A stretch of 64,000 nt of DNA from Eledone cirrhosa. Taxonomy: Eukaryota. The stretch lies in contig OZ024764.1 in the NCBI GenBank assembly GCA_964016885.1, positions 6,200,001 through 6,264,000 of the forward strand, in the 5' to 3' direction. The notes beneath the pieces were generated by a model that worked only from the letters and a program-made list of their open reading frames with translations, searched no databases and was not told the DNA's origin. Below are positions 15,030 to 28,030 of this stretch, one piece after another; the stretch's first letter is position 1; every line of letters starts with the position of its first letter. The position numbers and the translations under genes are program-made.

Positions 15030-15353
15030 CATCTATCTATCTATCTAAGGCAGGTAAAATTCCCGAGATCCATGGACGAGTTCTCTCCAGCGGTCTCTGT
15101 CCCTCATTATCGCTACCATGTCCTGCGTCTCCAACAGACCAGTGTCTGTCCTTAGGGCATCAACATACGTTAACCCTGGTCTTCCTCTTCTAGTGTGTCC
15201 ATGTAGGGGCTCCCAATTAATCAGTATACACTGAGGATGAAAAACTCAGAGCTGTATGGGAGCATCCCAAAAGTCAGCTCAAAAGTGACACAGAGGAGAC
15301 TGAGGTTGGCTGGACATGCTCACCGACATCCAGAGTTGACATTGCACTCAGTA
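15030..15353 (-). mobile_element. RTE-type LINE 3' end with 5' inversion
   Basis: Minus 15050-15215 gives WEPLHGHTRRGRPGLTYVDAL..DRDRWRELV. Plus ~15237-15353 gives MKNSELYGSIPKVS..RRLRLAGHAHRHPELTLHSV, the segment normally just upstream. Confidence 0.75.
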
Positions 15354-15482
15354 CACTTCGTCATATATATGATAATATGTGGGACATGTCTTTAAAACAC
15401 CCATGAAGCCTCCTGTAAGATCTATATTTCAGTTTTCTTCCTGTCACTACAACAATAACAATTGCTGGTCTCTTTATTCCAG

Positions 15483-15593
15483 AAAGATCTTGACACCACC
15501 GCTACAGACCTGGCAAACAGACAGGATGAAAGTGACATATCTCGCAGAAGACTAGTGGAACAAAGTCGTGACTTCAAGAAAACTACTTCAGAG
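15483..15593 (+). CDS. CUX1: Internal coding exon of CUX1/CASP (cut-like homeobox / Golgi coiled-coil protein CASP), equivalent to vertebrate exon 2
   Basis: Acceptor tctttattccAG at 15481-15482 and donor GTAAGA at 15594. The 111 bp (37 codons) read [37 protein letters not shown], matching recalled human CUX1 [37 protein letters not shown] in length and phase. Too short for the ORF track. No other exons recognised. Confidence 0.92.
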
Positions 15594-16413
15594 GTAAGAC
15601 ATTCTTCATGTATCTAGATATATATACCAGCAGAAAAACCTCCCTTTGGGTAGTTTTCTGCTATCATGTGTGGTGTGTATATTGATATTATACACAAATA
15701 TACATACATGTAGATATGATACATCAAATAAAATTGTAATTGACAATATACACAGAAATTGAAGAGAGACTGTGATACACTGTCTTCTGTAATCAGTAAA
15801 GTAATCCATGATATATTTAAAAAAGACGATATTATATATAAACTGGATTACGGTGAAATGTAATGAAAACGAAAAAGGAGAAAATTAGCGATGGAATTAT
15901 AAACCTTATATAACGATACAAAGATATAAATGTTTATATAAGCAATGTAATAAGTGTTATAATATAACGGATGCTAACCGGAAGTGTAGACATTTGAAAA
16001 TTTTAAAAGAAGTGAATCTTAAAATAAGCAATCATTATTTATAAGAATATTTATGTTTTATCAACAGCTACAAAATTTTGATATTATTTATTTTGAAAAC
16101 AATATCTTAACATCAGTATGAGCAACCAGTTACAGCTGGTTTGAACAGAAAGAGTTGAGACTATTCTGACTGGATATAGGTTGTTTAAATGCTAAAGGTA
16201 TCAGAGGGAGTGTCAAAAGCATGATACTATCTCTCTTCTTTTTTTTTATATGTATATATAATATAATTTAAAATGTAAATAATAATGGTTTTTTATATTA
16301 GGTGCATGGCCAGCAATTTTGGGGGAGGAGAAAGTCGATTAAATCGACACCAGTGCGTGATAATAATACGCGTAATAATAACGAAGGAGTGTTTAATCTT
16401 TCAAACATTTAAT

Positions 16414-16460
16414 AACTGACAATCGTTTCATCCTACCACAAGCCCGAAATCATCAGAGTT
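16414..16460 (-). ncRNA. Degenerate hammerhead ribozyme
   Basis: AACU CUGAUGA ... GAAAC GAUU GUC AGUU. Stems I and III pair, stem II pairs poorly. Confidence 0.45.
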
Positions 16461-17275
16461 AAAAACAAAAGTTAAACACAAATATAAGATCAAAACTTTG
16501 CCACAAGAACATTTGGAGGATACATAATATGGGAGGTTAGATAATATTTATATAAAGTAACTGAGGAGGAAAACATGAAAAATAGGAGCAGATAAAATAA
16601 AGTAGAATAAAAATAAAATTAAAAAAAACGGGGTCACAGATAAATGAAGTAGAGTAAAAATCATATGTTATATATTGTTGTGGAGAAAATTGATGTTAAG
16701 GAAGTTAGTAATAGGAGAGAGAGTAAGACATGCATTTGAAATAAAGCTTAACCCTTTAGCATTTACATTATTGTATAGTTAGGTTGACTTTGCCTTTCAT
16801 CCTTACGGGGTCGATAAAATAAAGTACCAGTAATGCACTGGGTAATTGCTGGCCTTGTGCCAAAAGCAGAAACAATTATTGTATAGTTACTATTGTATTT
16901 TCACAGTAAAGGCTTTATTTTACATAATTATCTGTAATATCAAATCTACGAGATTTTGATGTCACTTGTTTTGAGAACAATACCTTAATATAGGTATGAG
17001 CAACCAGTTACGGCTGGTTTGAACAGCAACAGGTGAGAGAATTCTGGCCGGATATGGGCGGTTTGAATGCTAAAGGGTTAAGGATTTAAGCATTTAAAAA
17101 ATATAGTAAAAAATATTTTCTTTCTCCCCTTCATACATGAGGCAATGTCAAGGGAGGCAATTCATAACGAAATTCAGCATGATAAAGGTTAAACTCTCTT
17201 TCGGTATTGAGTTCTGTTTTTTCTCATCAAGTATATACGGATATATATATATATATATATATACCATGATGATGA

Positions 17276-17312
<37 letters not shown>

Positions 17313-17374
17313 CAAGACAAATACGCTATCTGTAATATAGTGAGTTCACACATCTAAGTGTATGTGTATGTATA

Positions 17375-17422
<48 letters not shown>

Positions 17423-17437
17423 TATACACACACACAC

Positions 17438-17477
<40 letters not shown>

Positions 17478-17624
17478 GCATATATGCTTATACACACACA
17501 CACACATATGTGTGTGTGTGTGAGTATATATAAATATGTATATATGTATGGATACATATATACATGTATGTATATATGTGTATGCATGTATAAATGTATA
17601 TATATATATATGTATGTGTGTGTG

Positions 17625-17656
<32 letters not shown>

Positions 17657-18021
17657 TGTATATATACACACACACACACATATTTATATATATATACATT
17701 TATACATGCATACACATATATACATACATGTATATATGTATATACATATATGTATATATATACATACATATATGTGTGTCTGTGTATATATATGGAGGGA
17801 AGGAGCAAAAGGTGTTGTCTGTGTATGTCAAAGACATTGACATCTCCATCAATTACTAACCCCCCCCCCCCCCCCCCTCATTCTCAGGCATCCTCCCCCT
17901 CCTCTCTCAGCTCTATTCCTCTTCTCTTTTCCCTCTCTCACCACAAAATATATAAATTACTCCACCCCTACCTCCCATCTCCAACATTCTTCTCCCCCTC
18001 TCTTCCTCTGTATCTCTCTCT

Positions 18022-18088
<67 letters not shown>

Positions 18089-18134
18089 CTCTCTCTTAGC
18101 CTGTATCTCTCACTCTCACTCTCTCTCTCTCTCT

Positions 18135-18208
<74 letters not shown>

Positions 18209-18211
<3 letters not shown>

Positions 18212-18409
18212 CGAGTAGGACCCAGACGGCAGAGCTCAAGCCGTTTCGACGGCTAATTCTGGACTAAATTTTAGTCCAGAATTAGCCTTCGAAACGGCTT
18301 GAGCTCTGCCGTCGGCGTCCTACTCGTTCCTATTACCCACTCTACTACCCTAAGTATTGAGTACTTTGGTGCGTTATGGTCCACCTGGTTCCTTACCACA
18401 TTTCTATCG

Positions 18410-18411
<2 letters not shown>
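18209..18411 (-). mobile_element. Unclassified (TA)n-inserting element with ~80-bp conserved body and long terminal hairpin
   Basis: Body tattacccactctactaccctaagtattgagtactttggtgcgttatggtccacctggttccttaccac. Copies at 4855-5029, 36456-36573 and 46075-46253. Confidence 0.7.
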
Positions 18412-18459
<48 letters not shown>

Positions 18460-18502
18460 CAAAATGAAAATCTGAAGGCAAGTTAAAATTCCAATCATTT
18501 AA

Positions 18503-18576
18503 TCACGACACATGTTTCAATAAGAGATAGATCGATTGTGAAGCCATGATCGATTATCACTGATCTCATCAGGTGA
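18503..18576 (-). ncRNA. Type-I hammerhead ribozyme with extended stem II
   Basis: UCAC CUGAUGA GAU C AGUGAUA AUCGAU..AUCGAU C UAUCUCU U AUU GAAAC AUGU GUC GUGA. Confidence 0.7.
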
Positions 18577-18936
18577 AAATGAATTGTCTTCAAATTCTTG
18601 ATATGAGGGAGAAAAAATAACGATGTTCTCTCACAGAATTCATTCCCTCATATGAAGACAGACCAGTCAGAGACAAGGCAACTGCTATTAACTTCAGTTG
18701 AGGTCATAAAAGTTGTCAGATTTCTTTTGCTGCAAAAGAAATCTCACAACTTTTATGACCTCAACTGAAGTTAATAGCAGTTGCCTTGTCTCTGACTGGT
18801 CTGTCTTCATATGAGGGAATGAATTCTGTGAGAGAACATCGTTATTTTTTCTCCCTCATATCAAGAATTTGAAGACAATTCATTTTCATCTGATGAGATC
18901 AGTGATAATCGATCATGGCTTCACGATCGATCTATC
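18526..18936. repeat. ~411-bp near-perfect palindrome (two ~205-bp arms, 1-nt centre at 18731)
   Basis: ttttgc-T-gcaaaa at the centre. Arms are reverse-complementary with about 3 mismatches by eye. Confidence 0.95.
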
Positions 18937-19329
18937 CAGCCACAGTAACCACTTGGTAATACACTGCACATCTCCTGTCAATCTATGAAGGGTTTGTAGT
19001 AGATTAGAGAAAAACACAATCAGTAAAACAGTAATGGAATGAAAAATAAAAAATATTTTTATAGTTAAAGCCTTAAGATGTCCCTTCCTTACGATATACA
19101 CTTCAATCACATCAAAACTTATTTAATAAGTTTTAAATTTTAAACACTTTTTATTCAGATTTACTGCGATAAGAAAATAGTTTTGTTCTAACGAAAAATC
19201 CGCGATGTAACGGGGATTACCGTGATAGGAAGTGAGATACGTTCCAAAGAAAAATCTGCGATGTAGCAAGACCGTGATATAGCAGGGGATTACTGTATGT
19301 ATGTATGTTTGTGTGTATATATATATATA

Positions 19330-19929
19330 AGTTGGTGCTACTGGTAATATGTATCCCAGTACAACCTGTCTCATGGTCGGGTCGTTGGCGACTAAACTGG
19401 CAACCCCACCAAGGTTTCTTGGTGAGGAGGGTGACTTTGGACATCCTGCAGGACTAAAAACAAAACCTGTCAAAGGGCAAAGGAACTCTTAAGAGTCAAT
19501 GGCCATCCAAAATCACTGGGAGAGATGACCCCTTAGCCTTTTTCAAGGCAGAATTCTAGGAGAAGGGAAACTCTGATATAACACCTGCAACCCTGATGGT
19601 ATCCGATGATGTTGACTTGTTCTTCTTTCTGGTAAATATCATCTTGGTTAAGAGAGAGGGACTGGCTTTGTGCAGTGCCTTTGCTCACTATAAAAGCTTC
19701 ACGGCACAGGCATTGCTTTATATCTGGAGATCTCTCTGCACTTGTCGTCACATGGTACCATGGGCCCAGCACTATGTGTCAATAATTGTCACAAGTGTAG
19801 TGTTTGTACCAGAGTTTTCAAGTCGCTGGCTGGACTAAAAAGTCACACTCGTTCAGCGCATCGGTAGGGGTTCTCCTACATGGATATAAAGTAGTGGCCG
19901 TACTCGAAAACGAGTTGGTAGCCACCATA
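19330..19929 (+). mobile_element. ~600-bp interspersed repeat, copy 2 (inverted relative to copy 1)
   Basis: About 13 substitutions versus copy 1 by eye. Confidence 0.65.
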
Positions 19930-20950
19930 TATATATATATGGCTGACTCATATAGACGTGTTTTTTTCTGAAAAGAAGTTTTTCTCTGTTCCTGCCTTTT
20001 CTCATTCTCTACTTTCCTATTTCATCCTTTCTTTCTAACTCTATCTTCTGATGAAGTACTAGTGTCTGAAATGTTACAAATCTTTCTCTACTATATCAAG
20101 CATTAAACTAATATATTTTTTTTATTGTTCTGTGTTGTTGTTTACTTAGTTGATGAGCAAGACACAGTTATCTGACCTGACTTGCCTCAAACGGGACAAC
20201 TTGTCTAACCCATGCTAGTGTGGAAAGTAGACTTTAAAAGATGATCATGATGATGATGATATTTACTCTCTATCTTTCTTCTTCCCTCTCTCCTTGTCTC
20301 TCTCCCCCTCTCTCTCTCCCTCCCTCTCTATCTTCCTATCTCCTTCTAGCCCCCTCTTACTATCTAATCCCTCCCTCACTCTGTCATCTCTCACTTTAAC
20401 CCCCCCCCCTCTCTCTCTCCCTATCGCACGTAAACCAACATCCCACCGTCACCACCACTACCATCATCATCACCATCATCAGATGAAGCAACACAAACCT
20501 GTTAATTTCTGCACCATCCCCCCCTTCCCCGCTGTCGCCATCATTTAATTGTGCAGACTCACCTTGAGACTGGGGGGTGGGGGTGGGGTGGGGGTGGGGG
20601 TGATATTGATATAGTTGTTGTTGTTGTTGCAGTTGTTGTTGTTGTTGTTGACAGTTTGTGCAACATTGTGGCATTTAACTGTGGAAAAGGTTTTACAGTC
20701 ATAAAGTGGTCTTTATCATCATTGGTGTATATGTGTGTATATATATACACATGTGTGTGTATATATATATATATGTGTGTGTGTGTATATATATATAATA
20801 TAATATATATATATAATAACATATATATATAATAACATATATATATATATATATACAGATATAGTCTGTGTATATATTGTGTGTATAGTGTGTGTATGTG
20901 TGAATACTGTTTGTGTGTGTATTGGTGTGTATGTGTGTATATATATACAC

Positions 20951-21006
<56 letters not shown>

Positions 21007-21449
21007 ATGTTTCTACTTTAGGCACAAGGCCAGCAATCACCCAGTGTATTACTGGTACTTTATTTTATCGACCCCGTAAAGATGAAAGGCAAAGTCAACC
21101 TCAGTGGGATTTGAACTCTGAGGTTGTATATATATATAATATAATATATATATATGATAACATATATATATAATAACATATATATATATATATATACAGA
21201 TATTGTCTGTGTATATATTGTGTGTATAGTGTGTGTATGTGTGAATACTGTTTGTGTGTGTATTGGTGTGTATGTTGTTTCTGTGTGTGTGTGTGTGTGT
21301 GTTGTTATGTGAAGGTGTGTAGCTCAGTAGTTAAAGTGTTGTGTTTGGAAGTGTCACCACCAACACAGGACTTTATGATGGTCTTGCACAAAGTTAACAG
21401 ACATAGTAACTCAAATAAGATGGTTCTTTTGAAGGGTCATTGTAAGAGA

Positions 21450-22030
21450 CATCTTGGAGAAATGGACCTAATCATGGTGGCCAAAATATGGACAGATTGA
21501 CCACCATGGCAAACAGAGGGTCATTGTGAGGGACATCCTGAAGAAATGGGTCTAATTCTGGTGCCATGGTGGCCAAAATATGGACAGAATGACCAAGAGA
21601 CATGAGGTCAGTATATAGGATATCCTGAAGAAATGGGTCTAATTCTAGTGCTATGGTGGCCAAAATATGGACAGAATGACCAAGAGACATGAGGTCAGTA
21701 TATAGGATATCCTGAAGAAATGGGTCTAATTCTAGTGCTATGGTGGCCAAAATATGGACAGAATGACCAAGAGACATGAGGTCAGTATATAGGATATCCT
21801 GAAGAAATGGGTCTAATTCTAGTGCTATGGTGGCCAAAATATGGACAGAATGACCAAGACACATGAGGTCAGTATATAGGATATCCTGAAGAAATGGGTC
21901 TAATTCTAGTGCTATGGTGGCCAAAATATGGACAGAATGACCAAGAGACATGAGGTCAGTATATAGGATATCCTGAAGAAATGGGTCTAATTCTAGTGCT
22001 ATGGTGGCCAAAATATGGACAGAATGACAG
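21450..22030. repeat. 87-bp minisatellite (~6-7 units)
   Basis: aagaaatggg at 21541, 21628 and onward. Confidence 0.9.
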
Positions 22031-22056
22031 TAAGAATCATGAGGTCTGTGTTTGGG

Positions 22057-22955
22057 AAGCAATCGTCCCCCACATTCTTACTTGTGTCTTTCTGAAGTCC
22101 ACCATGTCCACACAGTAGGACTGAACCAAAGAACCACATGTGGCCAAAGCAATCCCCCCACATTCATACTTGTGTCTTACTGAAGTCCACCATGTCCACA
22201 CAGTAGGACTGAACCAAAGAACCACATGTGGCCAAAGCAATCCCCCCACATTCATACTTGTGTCTTTCTGAAGTCCACCATGTCCACACAGTAGGACTGA
22301 ACCAAAGAACCACATGTGGCCAAAGCAATCCCCCCACATTCATACTTGTGTCTTTCTGAAGTCCACCATGTCCCCACAGTAGGACTGAACCAAAGAACCA
22401 CATGTGGCCAAAGCAATCCCCCCACATTCATACTTGTGTCTTTCTGAAGTCCACCATGTCTACACAGTAGGACTGAACCAAAGAACCACATGTGGCCAAA
22501 GCAATCCTCCCCCACATTCATACACGTGTCTTTCTGAAGTCCACCATGTCCCCACAGTAGGACTGAACCAAAGAACCACATGTGGCCAAAGCAATCCCCC
22601 CACATTCTTACTTGTGTCTTTCTGAAGTCCACCATGTCCCCACAGTAGGACTGAACCAAAGAACCACATGTGGCCAAAGCAATCCCCCCACATTCATACT
22701 TGTGTCTTTCTGAAGTCCACCATGTCCCCACAGTAGGACTGAACCAAAGAACCACATGTGGCCAAAGCAATCCCCCCACATTCATACTTGTGTCTTTCTG
22801 AAGTCCACCATGTCCACACAGTAGGACTGAACCAAAGAACCACATGTGGCCAAAGCAATCCCCCCACATTCATACTTGTGTCTTTCTGAAGTCCACCATG
22901 TCCACACAGTAGGACTGAACCAAAGAACCACATGTGGCCAAAGCAATCCCGCCAC
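22057..22955. repeat. 88-bp minisatellite (~10 units)
   Basis: aagcaatcccccc...ccacatgtggcca repeated. Confidence 0.95.
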
Positions 22956-23139
22956 ATATAATTGTTTCTACTTTTGGCACAAGGCCAGCAATTGTCCCAG
23001 TGTATTACTGGTACTTTATTTTATCGACCCCCGTAAGGATGAAAGGCAAAGTTGATCCCCCCCCCACATATAATGCTGTTAAGCCGGCCCTGAACAGACT
23101 CTCACGCTTCTTATGTGGCTTCCATAGTGTGAATATCTA

Positions 23140-24814
23140 CATGTTAGTGTGTGTGTGTGTGTTTGTGTGTGTGAGTGTGTCTGTCTGTCTGTCTGTCTCT
23201 GTGTGTGTGTGTCTGTACCTGTTTGTGAGTGTGTGTCTGTGTGTGTGTGTGTGTTTGTGTGTGTGAGTGTGTCTGTCTGTCTGTCTGTGTGTCTCTGTGT
23301 GTGTGTCTGTGCCTGTTTGTGAGTGTGTGTGTGAGTGTGTCTGTCTGTCTGTCTGTCTGTGTGTCTCTGTGTGTGTGTCTGTGCCTGTTTGTGAGTGTGT
23401 GTCTGTGTGTGTGTGTGTGTTTGTGTGTGTGTGAGTGTGTCTGTCTGTCTGTGTCTCTGTGTGTGTGTCTGTGCCTGTTTGTGAGTGTGTGTCTGTCTGT
23501 GTGAATATTTGTGTGTGTGTGTGTGTATGTGTGTGTAGGAAATGTTTCCTATGTATATCCATGTATGTATATGTCTGTCTGTGTGTGTGTGTGTATATGT
23601 CTGTGTATGTGTGTCTATGCATGTCTGTGTGTATGTGTGTCTATGCATATGTCTGTGTGTGTATGTGTGTCTATGCATATGTCTGTGTGTGTGTGTGTGT
23701 GTGTGTGTCTGCATATGTCTGTGTGTGTGTGTGTGTGTATGTCTATGCATATGTCTGTGTGTGTGTGTGTGTGTGTATGTCTATGCATATGTCTGTGTGT
23801 GTGTGTGTATGTCTATGCATATGTCTGTGTGTGTGTGTATATATGTCTGTGTGTGTGTATGTGTCTATGCATATGTCTGTGTGTGTGTATGTGTGTATGT
23901 CTATGCATATGTCTCTGTGTGTGTGTGTGTGTGTCTATGCATATGTCTCTGTGTGTGTGTATATATGTCTGTGTGTGTGTGTATGTATGTCTGTGTGTGT
24001 GTGTATATATGTCTGTGTGTGTGTGTATGTCTGTGTGTGTGTGTGTGTGTGTATGTCTGTGTGTGTGTGTATATATGTCTGTGTGTGTGTGTATATATGT
24101 CTGTGTGTGTGTGTGTGTATATATGTCTGTCTATATATATGTCTGTGTGTGTGTGTATATATGTCTCTGTGTGTGTGTGTATATATGTCTGTGTGTGTGT
24201 GTATATATGTCTGTGTGTGTGTGTATGTATGTCTGTGTGTGTGTATATATATGTCTGTGTGTGTGTGTATATATGTCTGTGTGTGTGTCTATGCATATGT
24301 CTGTGTGTGTGTGTATATATGTCTGTGTGTGTGTATATATGTCTGTGTGTGTGTGTATATATGTCTGTGTGTGTGTGTGTGTGTATATATGTCTGTGTGT
24401 GTGTGTGTATATATGTCTGTGTGTGTGTGTATATATGTCTGTGTGTGTGTGTCTATATATGTCTGTGTGTGTGTGTATATATGTCTGTGTGTGTGTGTAT
24501 ATATGTCTGTGTGTGCATGCCAATAGTTTTATCATTTAGGCTGTGTCAATGCATCTTGTCTGTGTGTGTGTGTATTAGTACGTGGTTGTGTGTGTGTGTG
24601 TGTGTGTGTGTGTGGACTGGAGGGGAAGGGGATGTGTAAACAAATATGGACATGTGTCTTCCTGTGTGTATGTAAATACATGTATGTATGTATATATATA
24701 TATATGTATGTATATGCATACATCTATCTATATATGTATGTGTGTGTGTGTGTGTGTACACCTTATATATATTTATGTGTCTTCCTCTGTAGATCTGTGT
24801 GTGTGTGTGTGTAT

Positions 24815-24846
<32 letters not shown>

Positions 24847-24956
24847 ACACCTTATATATTTATGTGTCTTCCTCTGTAGATCTGTGTGTGTGTGTGTGTG
24901 TGTGTGTGTACACCTTATATATTTATGTGTCTTCCTCTGTAGATCTGTGTATGTGT

Positions 24957-24988
<32 letters not shown>

Positions 24989-27412
24989 ACACCTTATATA
25001 TTTATGTGTCTTCCTCTGTAGATCTGTGTATGTGTGTGTGTGTGTGTGTGTGTGTACACCTTATATATTTATGTGTCTTCCTCTGTAGATCTGTGTATGT
25101 GTGTGTGTGTGTGTGTACACCTTATATATTTATGTGTCTTCCTCTGTAGATCTGTGTGTGTGTGTGTGTGTGTGTGGTTTAAATTTCGACTTAGTGAGTC
25201 ATGAAAGAAGGATAATAGCGGTGGTGGCGGCGGTGTAATGAAGTGATTGGTACTGAAGATGGTGGCGGTGGGGGGGGGGGGGATGTGTGACTGTTTGCTG
25301 ATATAGTAGAGGCGGCGGTGGCGGTGTTTGATGATCTAGTGGTGGTGGTGTTTGTTGATCTAGTGATGGTGGTGGTGGTGGTGGTGGTGGTGGTGGAGAG
25401 GTAGTGGTGGTGGTGGTGGAGATGTAGTGGTGGAGATGAAGTGGTAGTGGTGGTGGAGATGTAGTGGTGGAGATGAAGTGGTAGTGGTGGTGGAGATGTA
25501 GTGGTGGAGATGAAGTGGTAGTGGTGGTGGAGATGTAGTGGTGGAGATGAAGTGGTAGTGGTGGTGGAGATGAAGTGGTAGTGGTGGTGGAGATGTAGTG
25601 GTGGAGATGAAGTGGTAGTGGTGGTGGAGATGTAGTGGTGGAGATGAAGTGGTAGTGGTGGTGGAGATGAAGTGGTAGTGGTGGTGGAGATGTAGTGGTG
25701 GAGATGAAGTGGTAGTGGTGGTGGAGATGTAGTGGTGGTGATGAAGTGGTAGTGGTGGTGGAGATGAAGTGGTAGTGGTGGTGGAGATGTAGTGGTGGAG
25801 ATTAAGTGGTAGTGGTGGTGGAGAGGTAGTGCTGCTTGTGGTGGTGTTTGCGGATCTAGTGGTGGTGGAGGTGGTAATGGTGATGTGATTAGATGCTGAA
25901 TACACTGATAATGGTGGCAGCGGTGGTGGTGGTGGTGTGTGTGGGGTGGGAGGGGATTAACTGCTGGTATAATGAAGGTGGGGATGGAGCTAGTGGATGT
26001 GGTGGTGGTGTGTTTCTATTGTGGTATGGTGGTGGTGTGTTTCTATTGTGGTATGGCGGTGGTGGTGTTGTGAAGATGGTAATGTTGGCGGTGGTGGTGT
26101 TGTGAAGATGGTAATGTTGGCGGTGGTGGTGTTGTGAAGATGGTAATGTTGGCGGTGGTGGTGTTGTGAAGATGGTAATGGAGGCGGTGGTGGTGTTGTG
26201 AAGATGGTAATGGAGGCGGTGGTGGTGTTGTGAAGATGGTAATGGAGGCGGTGGTGGTGTTGTGAAGATGGTAATGGAGGCGGTGGTGGTGTTGTGAAGA
26301 TGGTAATGTTGGTGGTGGTGGTGTTGTGAAGATGGTAATGGAGGCGGTGGTGGTGTTGTGAAGATGGTAATGGAGGCGGTGGTGGTGTTGTGAAGATGGT
26401 AATGGAGGCGGTGGTGGTGTTGTGAAGATGGTAATGTTGGCGGTGGTGGTGTTGTGAAGATGGTAATGGAGGCGGTGGTGGTGTTGTGAAGATGGTAATG
26501 GAGGCGGTGGTGGTGTTGTGAAGATGGTAATGGAGGCGGTGGTGGTGTTGTGAAGATGGTAATGGAGGCGGTGGTGGTGTTGTGAAGATGGTAATGGAGG
26601 CGGTGGTGGTGTTGTGAAGATGGTAATGGAGGCGGTGGTGGTGTTGTGAAGATGGTAATGGAGGCGGTGGTGGTGTTGTGAGAAGATTAGATTGTGATAT
26701 AACACAAGTTAATGGTTGTACAGGCTGAAACGCACATATAGACGTGTACACACACACACACACATGCACACATAAATAGATATGGTGTACACACACATAT
26801 ATACATGCACGCATATACACATACATACACACATATATACACATACACACACACGCACATACACACATACATACACACACATATACACATGCACGCACAT
26901 ACATATATGCACACATACATACACACATATATACACATACACACACACGCACATACACACATACATACACACACATATACACATGCACGCACATACATAT
27001 ATGCACACATACATACACACATATATACACATACACACACACGCACATACACACATACATACAGATGCACGCACATACACATATGCACACATACACACAC
27101 ACACACACACACATACATACACACACATATACACATGCATGCATAAATCTACATATATATTGTATACACACATATGGTCTACACACAACCATTTACACAT
27201 ACTCATGCATACACACACACACACACACACACAACCATTTACACATACTCATGCATACACACACACACACACAACCATTTACACATACTCATGCATACAC
27301 ACACACACACACACACAACCAATTACACATACTCATGCATACACACACACACACAACCATTTACACATACTCATGCATACACACACAGCCATTTACACAT
27401 ACTCATGCATAC

Positions 27413-27467
<55 letters not shown>

Positions 27468-28030
27468 TGAGCTGCGTGAGATAATGAGAAATATGATAGT
27501 GTTGGGTGTGAATAAATACTTTGTTGGGTGTTCACAGTGGTTGAATGGTGGGGGTGGGTGTAGTGGTGGCGGTGGTGTAGTGGTGGCGGTGGTGGTAGTA
27601 GTGGTGGTGGTGGTGGTGGTCACAGTGGTTGAATGGTGGTGGTGGTGGTGTAGTGGTGGCAGTGGTGGTGGTGGTGGTGGTGGTCACTGGTTGAGTGTTG
27701 GTGGTGGTGTAGTCGTGGTGGTGGTGGTGGTAGTGGTCACAGTGGTTGAATGGTGGTGGTGGTGGTGGTGGTGGTGTAGTGGTGGCAGTGGTGGTAGTGG
27801 TGGTAGTGGTCACTGGTTGAGTGATGGTGGTTGTGGTGTAGTCGTGGTGGTGGTGGTGGTAGTGGTCACAGTGGTTGAATGATGGTGGTGGTGTAGTGGT
27901 GGCAGTGGTGGTAGTGGTAGTGGTCACTGGTTGAATGATGGTGGTGGTGGTAGTGTTGGTGGTGGTGGTAGTGGTGGTGGTTGAATGTTGGTGGTGGTGT
28001 AGTGTTGTTGGTGGTAGTGGTGGTGGTAGT
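23140..28030. repeat. Block of compound micro/minisatellites: (TG)n compounds, ~39 bp + (GT)n units (24755-25175), ~37-bp units (25400-25830), 32-bp units (26056-26680), (CA)n and (GGT)n
   Basis: Direct reading. Confidence 0.9.

Noticed and set aside
14770-15030. Unique-looking 92-aa ORF near the exon
   Set aside because: No recognisable homology or splice signals. Probably a TE fragment.
21472-22062. 196-aa ORF with 29-aa repeats
   Set aside because: A consequence of an 87-bp (multiple of 3) tandem unit, with no recognisable domain or splice support.
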